NCBI GenBank assembly: GCA_012295275.1
Contig: CM022677.1
Location: 6,820,001 to 6,884,000, forward strand
DNA: 64,000 nt
DNA from: Chrysomallon squamiferum
Taxonomy: Eukaryota > Animalia > Mollusca
Direction of reading: 5' to 3'
The position numbers and the translations under genes were made by a program. Below the pieces are notes generated by a model, which worked only from the letters and a program-made list of their open reading frames with translations, searched no databases and was not told the origin of the DNA. Shown here one piece after another: positions 13,025-27,718 of this stretch (positions within the stretch are counted from its first letter, which is position 1; the number at the start of each line of letters is the position of its first letter).

Positions 13025-14859
13025 CTGAAATAAAAATATACAGTTGAGACAGCTGTCCTAATGGGAAAACAAATCTGGATATTGCTGATATTTTGCTAGT
13101 TAAGGAAAATGATGGATGCAACATGAACTGCTAACCTCAAAAGGTATTTTCCTGAACTAATTTAACTAATGTCTGCAATGACTGAAATAAGGAATCCCCA
13201 ATATAAAATGTCATCATAAATAAAATGCACATACCTGCAAAAACTCCACATGATTTCAATAGACATAATTGAAAACTAGGCATGAAGATACCATGTCATA
13301 TTACATGTACTTAATTTTTAACTTATGTATGTTTTAATCAGTTGTTTGCTCAAACTTGTACAGAGGGATTCAGTATACACAGGGCAGACAAGATTACACA
13401 TAGTCAGAAGACTCTAAACAAAACAAAACAAAATGCATTTAATACCACCTTCAAACTGAGATATTGACCAAGGTATAACCAGACTTGCTAATCATAATTG
13501 ATTGTCAAAAAACCAACAATAAAGGACAATTGATTATTTCTGAGAATCACAACAATTTGTATAAATGTTTAGAACTTGTCAGAAAAAACCTAAAAATAAT
13601 TTACAGTGACACATGAAAACTATATCATAATAAAAACCAATGCTTTTCAGTTCTAATAACAAAATATTAATGTCATTCTGTGCTAGGTATGTGAATTCAA
13701 TCATTTTGATTACATATTGCATTACGTTTCTGGGACAGCATAGAATTCTAATTAATTAATACTAACATTTTGTATGAGATGATATCCAAAGTTTGTGCTG
13801 GTGGTATGATAGCTACATTTAACCAACTCTCTGGTTTCATGTATGAGTCATTGTTTCCTACTATTTAGCCAGATTTGTCTAAATAAACAAATATAGAACA
13901 AAAAGTATTAAAAAAATCTGGTATAATTTTCTAATATGATTAACTAATTTATCACAATTGTAATTTTGTTATAAACATAAGACTTTTTGACAGCATGCTG
14001 GGCTTTACTATTAGTTAGAATCATCCAGACTATTACAAACTGTACACCATTACAATCTGATCTAAAATAATAGGATGATCCTGTAACCAGACCAAAGAAC
14101 ATAAACAAACATATTGTAATTACATTATTTATGTTTACTTTTCAAATAGTAAATGTCTGATAACAGTTACAGTAAGTTCAAGTTTTAACATGTGAAGATT
14201 CATTTTCTCAGTCATAATTTTTTTTTTTTTTTTTTTTTCCACTATACTAGGAAAATGGTAGATACAAATGAGTATATCAAAGAATGTTGTCAACCTATCA
14301 ACTGAACTTAATATTAGATTTCCTGGCTTAACAACTCTGTATTTTACCTATCCCAGACTAGGAACAAAATGAAGAGAATGCTACATTATTTGCTAGATAG
14401 AAATTTTTTATTTCCCATTTTAATTTTTATTTAACTTAACTTATTAATTTTGTTATATTATTGCTTTGTTTATTCTTGGCATTTTATTATTTTGTTGCTG
14501 TTGGTGTTGTTGTTTATTGTTTGCTCAAAATCAGTTAGCTTGATTGTTAAATAAACAACCTAGGTTTAAAATCTGCAGATAAAATATTTTACAAATAGAT
14601 TTCGGTTTATATTCTATTAAATTAAGAAAATGTGCTAAGACTGAATGAGAAAGAACACAACACAAATAGTACTAAAATCACATTTTTAACAATAATTAGT
14701 GTGAATTAACAACCAGTATGATTAATGTAAAATCTGGAGGAGAATGGGTTGGACAGAAATAATACCTATCAGAAAAATGCAGAAATCAGAACGCCATGAA
14801 GCAGACAAAAGAAGTGCAGATGACAGTTGTGAAGATTCAGATATGTCTGCATATTCAGC

Positions 14860-15218
14860 TGAGATGATATGAATGGTCACAATCAGTTTTATGATATTGG
14901 GTCAGCACTACCCATGGATTTGTTTATCAATACTACAGTTAACTACATGTATATCCAGTCTATAAAAGTAGTGTTATAAACAGATGTTGGCTAATTAAGG
15001 TAAGCCAATACATCCAGTTTATTGAATCATGATAAATTTCATGTGAAATAAATATTTGCCATAAAATTCTTAACATTGGCTCTTGTGTTATAACAGAGAG
15101 AGAAAAAAAGGTTGCTCAAATACTATTTTTTGTGCAACTAATCCATCATTTTTTTTAACATTCCTGTCACCCAAAGAGAACTTTGGTAGCATTAGGTGAC
15201 TGGCCATTACAAGCCCTG
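14860..15218 (-). mobile_element. Non-autonomous DNA-transposon end (CAGGG-type), copy 2, CpG-decayed
   Basis: Colinear with 42975-43260; ends in caagccctg. Confidence 0.65.
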
Positions 15219-15290
15219 CATTCATATGTACATATGTACTTAAACACATTACTATTATTTATTATTATAAAACATATCGATACCACTTAC

Positions 15291-18200
15291 TTCAGAACAG
15301 TTCTCTGTTTTATTGACTTGCTCTGACTGGCTAGTAAGAGTATCAGAAGAATTTGTCATCTTCAGGTCTTTTTTGTCATAATTGCCTACAAAACCAGAAA
15401 GAGATTTATTTTCAGCTTGCACAATTAATTTTGCAAAACAAGATTACTTATTTAGCAATTTTGGAATTAAAGCTGCATTACCCACAATAAACTCAAAATG
15501 GTTTCCAGCTTACAGTTTGTTTTATCTATATCCACCGAGTACATTTCTCTCTTTTATTTCCTCTGTCATCTTGAACTTCTACAATGATCTAGCAGACTGT
15601 TTTGGCAGGCATCCCGGCTACTAATAATTATTTATGATGAGCCTAAAACTGTGGCAGGAATATATCTCATAGAAAAACAAAAACAAATTCATAAACAAAA
15701 ATTAAACAAAGAGGCATTTAATCCCAAATCTAAACTAATTACTTCTGCTAGTTAGATTCTTCAATAGAATGAAAGTCACATCTATAGCTGATGGATGCTA
15801 TTAATTTAAATGATAAACATGCAGAGAAGTTTTGAATGCCAGTATTTTAAAAAATAAATATATAAATAAATAAAATATCAAAAATAAATTAAAAATCAAA
15901 TATAAACAAAAAGATACAAATATAAAAGAGATAATAGTAAAGGAAAGTAAAGATAAACTAAAATTCACAAATGTATAGTGAAATAAATCAACATTAAAAT
16001 AAAAATCATTGCATAATGCACAATAGAATTGTTGAAAGTATTAAACTTGTTAAAAAAGCCTGAAAGATCAACATCAAAAAAAAGAAAAAGAAGGCAATAA
16101 CAAGTAATAGAAAATCAAAACGTTGCCTAAAACTTGTAATTTTAAACTTTTTTTTGCAGTTGTAAAATTACTTAAAGTCTGTAAACACCATAGTTATTAT
16201 AAGGCCTGGAAAATAATATTAATTTATTAATAAGTATCATTTCTATGAAATCTGCGGAAAAATAAATATATTCAAAAAAGCTAACCTGAAATATATTTTA
16301 TTTGATATATTTATCTAATTATATAAACATAAAACAACTTCCAGTAAGATATAACTTGGAATTAATCAAACAAGTACATTTTCTTCGATATATTATTATA
16401 AAATTAATATATGGTGAAAACTAAAATGTAAGCAAGTATGACGAAGTAATATTTATTTCCTTATTAAATTTAATTATTAGTCTTAATAAAAAGACTATCC
16501 AAATTAAGGCAAACAACAGTGCTTGAGCTTATATTTGAAGAGTTATATATCTTGATGTAATTAAAATTCTATATTCTTGCTAGAACATTTTTTAAATTTC
16601 ATCATATTTTATTATACTGTAATCTACATAATATTTATGCTGACATCTGTTTTAAAAAGATTATTTTATTAAGTTTTGCTATGCTTGTATAAGTCATAAC
16701 TTTATTATAAAACTGTTAAGGTTTATTATAACAAAAAAGTACAGAAGTTAGTAAAGTTTTAAATTTATTTATAAAAAAAATATATTTCCTTAATTGTTAG
16801 AATCATCATTGAATGTTAAAAAACTATATGAAATAAAAATAGTTTTGTCTTAACACAAAAATAATAATAGTAGTAGTAGTAGTAAATTAACATTAGCATA
16901 ATCACCACCATTATTATCTCCTTGACATCTCCTGAGCTTTTCCAAATGATGCAGTTGTTGCATGACCCTTTAGGAAAGAAAGAAAATAAAACAAAACATG
17001 AAATTACATTCCTTTATAAAATGATGTGATCTCATATTTAAAATGATTATACACAGATAAAAGCTGAAGATAACATTAACATAATAACTAAGATGTTACT
17101 TCTGGAGTTATCTAATAAAACAAAATAAAAAAAACAGCAACATTTTAGCCAAGAAACTGCCAACACAATCCATTAAGAAAAGATTTAAGGAAAAAAGAAG
17201 AAAAGAAACATTTATCTAATTATCAGCTACAGTTTGTTACACAAATGAAACTTAAGTCTAAAAACAGGTGTTTATCCATCCAAGAAACAAAAACAATACT
17301 TTTTCTCCTGTATCATTACATCCATACAAAACATAATTAAAACTTTACTTACCTTTTCACCATTTTCTGCAGTTTCAACAGACTTATTGTCATTCGTTCT
17401 GAAAGACAAATAACAAGTCTAATAAGTTAGCAGGTAATTTTAAATTACTAAGAATTACTAAGAAATGTATTAAAAATAATTTTAAAAGAAATAATTAAAA
17501 AAACAAAAATCATTAACACAAACTGAAGCGTGTCAAAAATGCATAAACTGATGCTGTTTTCAATAAACACTTTCTCCCTAGCTAGCAAAAAATATGTGTC
17601 TATAGGTGTGTGTATATAAAAACAAAGCAAAAAAACATTACTGTATTTGATATTTAAATACAACATATTTTTTTGATGGTTTAAAAAAAAAAAAATTGGG
17701 ATAAAAAATTATGGCTATATATGTATCATAACCTGGAATTTAGAAATAAAGAAATGAAATTCAATTTAACAAAAAAGGTTGATAAAATTATATGTAATAC
17801 ACTTGTTTTTGCTCCAATGAGTGGCAATAAAAACATTTTTTAGTCCTTTTTCCTAAAAGCTCATAGAAATGACAAAGTTTCCCATCAATGCAACAACTAC
17901 CACAGAGCAGTGGAACTAACCTTAAACCTGTAGTCACCAAGATCAACATTAACATACTACAGTAAGCTTCTACACCAATAACTAAATGTGTTACTGTAGA
18001 AAACAGAAAACATATATGCTTGAAGTTTAACTTCATTACCTAGCTAAAACCTTAACTAAGACAAATAAAGGTAAGTGAATGATATATTGTGTTACAGAAC
18101 AGCAAAACATTTCACTTGCAGTTTTGGCTTCCACACTGCCAGTAGACCCTGTGTAAGTTGTTGTACTTGATGTCTTTACAGGATGTACAGCCTGCTCCAA

Positions 18201-18865
18201 AATACTTGCAAGTCGCACATCTGAACACTGCAAATGCAGCACCACAATTTATGGAGTTCACTGACACAAGAAGGGAAGGAACTCTGCCCGTTACACTTAC
18301 TGTGGTACAATGAAATACAAATTCACTCTCTAAATTTTATCATTTTATCAATTTGCGATGAAATGTTCCTGCTAAAAATGTCAACATCAATCACTGATCA
18401 GTCTTTTTCAAGGGAGAGAACTTACTGCCTTGTAAGCAGGGAGTGCTTATTGTTTGAAAGTGAGCATGTATGTGTGTTTTTATTTTATTTTGGCACTGAT
18501 TTTGGCTCACACTTACACCACTAGATCAGGAATATCTGAAAATATAATCATCACAGAACAAATTTTCAAACTATGAATGAAAGTGCAATGGTGGTAGTTT
18601 CTAAAAAATATACACTGGAAAGAGAAAAAAAATAAAAATAAAAATCTTGTTACCCCTTAAGACCTTTATAAATTATTTTTCAATCCAATCCATTAAGTCA
18701 TTTTAAATACGGTTTACTTATCTGACATCACTATAAGACTGTCTCATAAATAATTAATTTAATTAAAATGAACATTATATATTTTAGATTAAAAACTTGC
18801 ATTATATAGTGGTAAATAAATCAGGAAATTAAAATAAAAAATACCAAAACAATAAAAAGAAAAAA

Positions 18866-18928
<63 letters not shown>

Positions 18929-19595
18929 GAAAAAAGAAAAGAAAAGAAAGAAAGAAAAAGTAAAAGAAAACAAAAATAACAAAGAAAGAAATAGAAAGAA
19001 CACTTAGCTACCTTGTTAAAGTATTTGGCATTGTGATGTTTATTGTGTCTGAAATGCTGCTATCATCACAGTGACCAGTGTCCTCCTCGATCAACGTTGA
19101 TAATTTTATTGATTCTGTGAAGACGTAAGTTTCATGTTATTTGAGAGTGTGCCTAGAAAAATAAATTACTTAGGAAAACAAAAAAAAAAACCTATAAAAT
19201 TCCATTTTAATTAACACACTGTACTGCTTTGCATTTGAAACTAAACCTTAAAATTAACTGAAAGTCTTACCTGCTGTTTTACTCTGGTATTTATCATTTG
19301 CATCATATGCCAGAAGATGAATCTGTTTCTTCTTTGTCACCTCAGTTCAAGGTTATGGTGCAGCTCCCTTGTCTCATATCTTGAACAGTACTTTGATGAT
19401 AACTTGTGTGTATTCCAATGTGTTGGAACTGCTGCAGGTAGTAAAGTATGCATTATGATCCAGTCCAGACTGTTGGGCAGGACAGGGTACAGTATGGCAG
19501 AAGCTTACTGACATCAGACACTGACTGATCTAAGTCAAATCAATGGTGGTTTAAGCTTTTTCACTTTTTTTTTTAACTTGGATAACTTCTATCAC
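15291..19595 (-). pseudogene. Upstream decayed exons of unit TU2, product unassigned (small exons may be IRAG N-terminal region)
   Basis: GT-AG-bounded exons 15385-15291 (NYDKKDLKMTNSSDTLTSQSEQVNKTENCSE), ~16968-16908, 17398-17353 (NDNKSVETAENGEK), ~18535-18040, ~19152-19012 and ~19595-19271. Confidence 0.45.
18070..18200 (-). mobile_element. Kolobok/'Mutator-like' transposase motif fragment
   Basis: HPVKTSSTTTYTGSTGSVEAKTASEMFCCSVTQY resembles the H..C..NY.GSSGSME..GA..MF.RS..Y block that precedes GDGDS in this family; GDGDS itself is absent. Confidence 0.4.
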
Positions 19596-20142
19596 CTGAA
19601 ATTAACATTAAAAAGTTATTTATAATAGCCACAGGTCTCTGATGTTAAAATATACAAATATGTTAAAAACTTTATTACTATTATACTTATTACTATTTCA
19701 TATATGTTTTTATATTTTCTTTTCATACTGAAAATAAACTATAATAAGATTAGCATTTTTTAATTTCTTTTTTGTTTATAATTTAATACTTGAACTGCTA
19801 TTGCTGTTTGGCTGTCATAAAGTTTATCTACCAATACCTGCAATCACATGGCTGAAAGGCTTACTGCATCATTCCTCATTATCTGTTGAGTATCCCTGTC
19901 TCAGCTGTCATGATTTAATACAAGATGAGATACACCAGAAATTATATTGATAATTACAGACAGTAATAGTTTATTACTAAAGAAATATTTTTATTTCTGT
20001 AAGCACATTAATATTATTTTCACAAAAAACTATTAGCAATTAAGTGAGAATGACCAAAAATAATTTTAAAAATGGATTTATGACGGATAAAAACATTTGT
20101 CTTTTGTCTTTACTTTAATTTCTTTCTCCTATTACTACAAAT

Positions 20143-20920
20143 TCAGTTAAGCTTGGTCTTAAAACAGTTTCCACTATACCTTTCACTGGCAACCGTTGAA
20201 CTATATGCACTGTCAAGAACAGCTGAATTAACTATTATTTTTTTAAATAAACCTCGAAATGTAGCACAAACACACTGATTATTTCGCTTTTGTATATAAA
20301 TCACTTCATTTTCCTCCACTACATAAATTAATGCCAACTCTTGAATCGTTATCATTTCCTTGTTTAACAAATATGTCACATCGCTGTAGTCGGCAACAGT
20401 AAGTATAAAGTTGTCGTTCTCTGTGACACAAATCAGCTCCGTCTGGTAACTTAAACACTAACATATACGGCTGCAAGTTCGTCTTTTATATATTTTCGTT
20501 AGCAAAGTCGCTATTCTATCGTCTTTCATCAACGCCGAGTTCACTGAACACTTCATGATGATGGACCCTTCACTTTCCTGCAATGATAACGCTATCACTA
20601 TTTATTTTTCCGAATCTAATATTCTGCTAACGCTTTAATTTCATCCATCCATCTGCTGTACGTTTTGTAACTTTCGGTCGGCGTCTTCAAATAAAAAAGA
20701 AATTAACAACAACTCTCTGTACCAAGATAAAATCCATCGTCAAACCCACACTTACAACGATACATTACTCCAAAAAACATGAATAACAAGCACTCCTTCC
20801 GATAGAGTTCCATTCACAAATCCAACACCAAACGTAATTGGCTGAATTATAAAACAGTGACCTATGATTTGATCTGTAATAAACATATCCATCCAATCAG
20901 CACTATTATAAGTTCTGCTG
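20143..20920 (-). promoter_or_regulatory. CpG-retaining promoter and long degenerate first exon of TU2
   Basis: CpG-rich 20330-20780 next to a CpG-poor body on the left; CCAAT boxes (attgg ~20837, ccaatc ~20893); ~145-codon minus frame broken by one stop (LQESEGSIIMKCSVNSALMKDD...FKTKLN). Confidence 0.4.
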
Positions 20921-22064
20921 TAGTCCAACTCAATTAATGATTAACCATCCCGTTGTGGAATCCAATTTGAAAATGGTTTTCTGGTAAAAAAAATTATGTT
21001 AACAATTATTGTTGGATATTGGGTACATCTAATTAACTGTTTTATATCTTTTCATAGTTTTGAAGAGAAAAATGCCATGTGCATTAACTTTAACTTAATA
21101 TTTATAGTTACTTTTATTATGTATTAATAAATATTGTATATAACAATTTATACTACATAATTCACTGTTTATATATTAGTTTACATTATATTTCTTATAA
21201 AATTTTTGTCATTTATTAAAACAGAAATATATTTTAAAGTCAAAATGTAGAAGTAATTTACTTTTATTTTTTATAAATTTAAAAAAAATATTTTAAAATA
21301 AATAAATAAATAAAAGAGTAAAATCTCAGGTTTTGTATTATTTTCTGTGCAGTTTCTCCAGCTTAAAAAAGCACATTAATTTAGCTTTCTCCGTATTTCT
21401 CTGCATCTCTTTATAAAAAAATAATACCACCTCCTCTGACTATCTCTGTGTTGCACAGTTTACATAATAAAATATCCAAGTAACATTATATATTTTATTA
21501 TTTTTATTATGCAGGCATCATTATCCTTACGAAAACACACGTATTATTAATAAAATATAAACTCGATTTTTTTTTCGCTCTGCTGCTAGTCATGTTATCT
21601 CAAGTTATCAGTAAAAAAAGTGTGACATCGTTCTAAAATAAAAATATTTAATACCACTTGCAGAAACTATTTATATATTTGATAAATAAAAGATTCTCTC
21701 TATGTTGTTTTCTATTATTCTCTAACATATAATATTGATAATTACAGAAATTGTAAAGGGTATTATGGTTAATGTTTTGCATGTAACATTTTTTAAATTT
21801 CATCATATTTTAAGATTATACTGTAATCTACATAAACATGACATCTGTTTTAAAAAGAGCTTGATATTATTATACTGCTTGTGTAATGCCATAAGGTTGC
21901 AAGAAATTCAGGGGATATTTACCATTTTCTGATACATTACAGAAATCAGCACTTGAGTTTCCTAAATATGAAATTAGAAAATTCGGCGAGAATTAATACA
22001 ATTAACAGTAATAATATTTTTTAATAGTTAGTAAAAAGCGCAAAAGAATAATGAGAAGTAGGCC

Positions 22065-22290
22065 AACTACGTTAGGAACAACGCCGTTACAACGGAAACG
22101 ACGGCGACATTAATAGTAATAATAATAATATATTTTAATGAGGATGTGCACACTCAACGTGAGACTAACAGTTAATAAACAGCGCTTACAGAATAAGTAG
22201 AAGTGCTCCAATAACAGCAAGGAGAACGCAGATACGACGTCAACGACGGGGACATTAAAAGCAATAAGAACAACATATACTGAAATAGGA
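22065..22290 (+). repeat. Dispersed ~90-bp repeat with core ACGACGGCGACATTAATA (copies at ~22070, ~22230, ~27970, ~28158, ~28620)
   Basis: Shared aggaacaa...aacggaaacgacggcgacattaata...aatatattttaa...ggatgt architecture. Confidence 0.7.
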
Positions 22291-23809
22291 AAGTAAGAAT
22301 AATAGTTATAAAAAAATAAATAAATCAATAAGTACACAGTAACATTAGTAGCAACTCCCTCTTTTAGTGCGAAATATTAATACATTTTTTAAATCAGAAA
22401 ATTAGTTGACTGGGAAAAAAATTTAAACAGAATAATACAAGAAAAAAGAAAATAAATAAATAAATAAATAAATAAATAAAAAGAAAATTTAAAAAGAATA
22501 ATGAAATACAAATAAAGTAACAACTTTCTCTTTTAACATTAAACATTTTTTTAGGTAGTTTACTGGGCAAAAAAATATTTCATATATTTAAGAAAGAAAG
22601 AAAATAAATGAAATAAATAAATAAAGAAAATTTAAAAAAAATAATAATACAATAACGTTTAAATCAGTGTAAAAATTAATATTTTTTAAATCTGGCAAAA
22701 AAAAAAATATTTAAGCATATATAATACAAGAAAGAAAGAAAATAAATAAATAAATCTGTCACTAAAAAGGAATAAATTGAGAATGATAAAAAGAAAAACC
22801 AGCTATTTTCCTTTTAAAATGCATGCATGTTACACATTAAAAATAAAATAAAATATAACAACGTTATTTATAACTGAAACTGTTTTTTCTTTAATCAGCC
22901 CTAATCACCTCAGACTAAACAATGAAAGATTAACAAAGTTGAAGCAGCTCAGATTTTCTTCAGATATTTATAAGAAAGCCCCCTTAAATAATTAAACAGT
23001 AACGTGATAAGCATTTGTTTATTTTCCACACAGATAATATATTTATTTATCATTATTCGAGTAGGCTTTTTGTGGCAGAGAAATATCTTTGTATGGCCGA
23101 TCACCTGAAGTTATCAATTTAATTTATGCTGTAGTTAATAGAATTACACGTGAATAACTGTAATATTGTTAATTAGAAAAAAGGGAAAAGTTCAAAGTTA
23201 TCCAAATACTTTTCATTGTATTTTACGGCGGTTGACAGGTGATATTAACCTCGTCTTATGTAAATCTGCAGAAAAGTGTTCATCCTATTAAAATAATTCG
23301 TTATGTCGTAATAAAATATTTCCTTTTTGTCAGACCCCGCAAATTTTTGGTTGTGCCATCTCTAAAACAAGTCTCAGCTTATTTGTATGAAATGAACTCG
23401 ACAAGGAAAAAAAAACTGAAAGAAAGAAAAAGTTACGCTTTTTTCTTTCTGATAAGACCCCAGATTTATACGACAAATTTAGATTGTTAAAAAATAATAA
23501 TGTGATATTTTCTTTGTTTGTACGGCGGTAATTTTAATACCGCAGCATTGTTTTGCCTGGAATATTGACGTCATAATATATTTGTACCTACAGAATATAT
23601 TTCTATATTTCTATTATATATATTATTTAATTGCTAATTGACATCTCCTCGGAGAAAAAAGTTTGAAATCGCCGCTGCACCTAAAATAAGCTGTTGTATA
23701 ACTAATAGAATTCAACCTAATTAGACACCAAGTAGAAGTAAAGTTAAATATCATCGTCAACCTGTAATTACCACTAACCTTTTCCTCAAAAAAAAATAAA
23801 AAAAAATAA

Positions 23810-23869
<60 letters not shown>

Positions 23870-24147
23870 CAATAATTTAAAACAAAAACAAAAAACAAAC
23901 CAAAAAAGTCACCACGCCTATATGACTAGGTTTCAACGAATACAATTTTTATTTTATTTTAGTTTTTATGTACTTATTTATTTATTCTAGATAGTGTTCG
24001 TGGGGCAGTTATGTTTTATTTTATTGCCTACAAATTATATACAGATTAGCAGGAGAATGAGAGAGAATATGGAATCGTAACAATTTACATTCATATAATT
24101 AATTACGTAAATATATTTTATTTGTGTGAGCGTAGCTTTCTGAAGAG

Positions 24148-24575
24148 AAACTGAGACTGAGCGGAAATTACGTTACTGTTTACTGCCAGCGATGCTGTTC
24201 ATATGAATAAACTGAGACTGAGCTGAAATTACGTTACTGTTTAGTGCCAGCGATGCTGTTCACATGAATAAACTGAGACTAAGCGGAAATTACGTTACTG
24301 TTTACTGCCAGCGATGCTGTTCACATGAATAAACTGAGACTGAGCGGAAATTACGTTACTGTTTACTGCCAGCGATGCTGTTCATATGAATAAACTGAGA
24401 CTGAGCGGAAATTACGTTACTGTTTACTGCCAGCGATGCTGTTCATATGAATAAACTGAGACTGAGCGGAAATTACGTTACTGTTTACTGCCAGCGATGC
24501 TGTTCATATGAATAAACTGAGACTGAGCGGAAATTACGTTTGTTTAGTACCAGTGGTGCTGTTTATATGAATAAA
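24148..24575. repeat. Tandem repeat, 61-bp unit, 7 copies
   Basis: Unit aaactgagactgagcggaaattacgttactgtttactgccagcgatgctgttcatatgaat, starting at 24331, 24392, 24453, 24514 etc.; near-identical with no spacers. Confidence 0.95.
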
Positions 24576-25352
24576 TTGAAATTTATTTCAATTTCTTAAT
24601 ATTTCTTTTTATTATGTTTATTTTTTAGTGAAAGTCTTCATACTCTGACAGGAAAGGAAGTAATACTTTTGAAAAAAATGTAAAATGGCAGGTTAAAAAA
24701 AAAAAAAAAATTGAACCTTTTTCAAAATGTATTGTAAGAGATTTGTTCGCGTTACCATTGCAGAATGATTAATGATTGATTGTAATAAGTGAGGAACTTT
24801 ATCAGTTTCTACAGAGCATCAGGAAAAAGCCAGAATGTTGTTGGGTTTTAACCTTGTGTGTGTTTTATTATAAACGATGTTAACGTTATATTTTGATCAT
24901 TTCAAAATTTGAACAATTTTCTAAAGTTAAAGTAAGATAGAAGCTTTATATCTCCACTCCACATCTAAATATTAATTATACTCATGTCATTAAAATTTTA
25001 TTTTTAATATGCTATGTACTGTTATCAATGAAAATTAGGATTTCTTCGGTAATCTTATTAGCTATATAACACATCTTGAAAAACAGTTTTATTTTATTTT
25101 CCAATTTAGCGTCCTTCTCACAGTATAATGATGGTCTTTCATGTTATGTTATTTTATTATTAAGTATTTTATTATTATATATTTTAGAATATATGTGAAG
25201 TGATAGATGAAGATTGTATTTACTATTGTTTTGATATTACTGACAATTAAATGTGCACTTTTCAGTGTAAATAGCGATACACTTTAATTAAAAATCACTG
25301 TGCTTCTAAAATGTTCACGATTTTTCCTTTAATTATATTATAAATAAATCAG

Positions 25353-25399
<47 letters not shown>

Positions 25400-27007
25400 C
25401 TCTTTTTTTTATATAAAGAAGTATTTAGTTTTAATCTGGACGGAAACAATATACTGAATGTAATAAAAACATTAAATTTCGCGTAATAAAATAACATGTT
25501 CATCTTGCTTGTTCTCAGCTAATCAGTACACACTATCGTGATTCCAGTGAATTAACTCCGAGATTTTTAAATATAACCTGTACGATATTAACAAAATATG
25601 AGATTATCATTTCTCAACATTCTTGACTGTAAATATCATCGCTCAACCAGCAATTAATTCTCACCTTCTTCTTTTTACAGGTAATTAAGAGCTTATTTTC
25701 TTAACGCCATGTAAAATTATAATTTATAATTGTCAGTAATATTTAGTAGATTATCTGTGATTATCAATATTTTGAGTAGTGTATATAACGTTTAAGGTTC
25801 ACGTACAGTAAAATTACACCTTTTTATTTCACGATTTAGAATTAGTAAAATACCACGTTATTTTAACAAAACGAACGTTTCGTACCTGAATCTCAGGTTA
25901 TTTTCATAAAGTTCTGCTGTATATATATATATATATATAGTACTTTTTCTAATACTGTTAATTAAAAAAGAACACCCGCTGTATTTTCCAAAACAATGTT
26001 TTAATACTAGCTACACCTCTGCTAAGAAAAATAATAATTTAAATTCTGATTGCAGCGTTAAAACGTTTTCATAACGCAGTGTAAAGTTAATCCTAGTTTT
26101 TCAGTGAATCATGTTTCTGCTGTTTATAAAAGGTCACACTGTATGCGCCCTCTTTACTTCTCGATATATTTTTGACGTCACATACAAAGCTACTGTTATT
26201 TATAAAAAGATTATAACCCAGAAGTTCAGTCTATATTTCTGAATGTTCACAGTGAAACCATACTGTAATTTTCAGTATAATTTGTCTTATAACTTACTGA
26301 ATGTGATCTCATTCAAGAAGGATAGCTGAGAAATTCAGAAATAAGGAGGCCTTGCAGATTCCAGTTCTCTGTTACTAACAAAATCAGGATTATTTTTAGC
26401 TGTACCTCAGATTGCATTGATAATTAAATAGTGATTTTCTTTCTCTAGACAGGTTTATATTAAAAAGCTGAGATTATATTTTCAAATATTAGTAAATAAT
26501 TAATTATATATGGAGTGATATTTATCTTTTTAATTTCAAGGTGAGGCGTAAAGTATATATATATAAAATTAAGCAGCGAAAATAATCAATGTAAATAGTG
26601 TATTGTCTTAACAAAAACACTAAGTTATTTTTGCTGAGTATTAATTATTCTGCATTAATGTAGTAACACAACATAAATTCCGATGGGGAATATCACATTA
26701 ATGTTATCATATTTTCACTATAACCTCGAAAGTTGCCAATGAAATATCGTTCTTAGTCTGGTAAAACTATCAGTGTCATCTTTGTATCCTTAAGTAAAAC
26801 CTTAATTTTACTTGCTTATATTTATGTGATTTTATATGATTTATTCTTGTAAACACGGTATCCTTAATTAATAATAACTCTTTATTTTTACTTGTTTATA
26901 ATTATTGGATTTATAATGTAAATTGCATCGTTTTACAAAATAAACGTGATAGCTTTGTTTACATAACGGAATATCATTTAAATTTTCTTCTATTATTTAT
27001 AAATAAT

Positions 27008-27041
<34 letters not shown>

Positions 27042-27416
27042 CTAAAACAACAATAATAACAACAACAACAACAACAACAACAACAATAATAATAATAATA
27101 ATAACAATTAAAATTAAAAAAAATCTAAATAAATTGAAAGTACACTCTGGATTTCCTAATATACAGGTATTCTCTGTAATCGATTTCTTACTTGAAATTA
27201 TCATTTTAATCTATAGTGTAATATAATTTATGACGTTAATATTGCGACTTCTCGCGTTTTAGCAAAAGGTAGGAAAATAGAGAAAGGCACAGATTAATAA
27301 TCTTTTCTAAAACTATATGAGACGTAAGATGTTATAAAGGAAAGGTTGAGTGGGCGCTGATATTATGTTAGACTGAATACAAACTATGACCCAGTCATAT
27401 CAGCCTTTTTCATTTT

Positions 27417-27718
27417 ATATCTATCTATCTATCTCTGGTTCCATCTATCTATCAGTCTATCTATCTATCTATCTCTGTTTCCATCTATCTATCTATCAAT
27501 CTATCTATCTATCTATCTCTGTTTCCATCTATCTATCAATCTATCTATCTATCTCTGTTTCCATATATCTATCAATCTATCTATCTATCTATCTCTGTTT
27601 CCATCTATCTATCAATCTATCTATCTATCTATCTATCTCTGTTTCCATCTATCTATCAATCTATCTATCTATCTATCTCTGTTTCCATCTATCTATCAAT
27701 CTATCTTGTTTCCATATA
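27417..27718. repeat. (TCTA)n with higher-order ~36-44 bp periodicity
   Basis: TCTA runs punctuated regularly by ctgtttcca and tcaa. Confidence 0.9.

Noticed and set aside
24148-24575. 61-bp array as a CRISPR array
   Set aside because: Units are contiguous and near-identical with no unique spacers; eukaryotic context and no cas genes.
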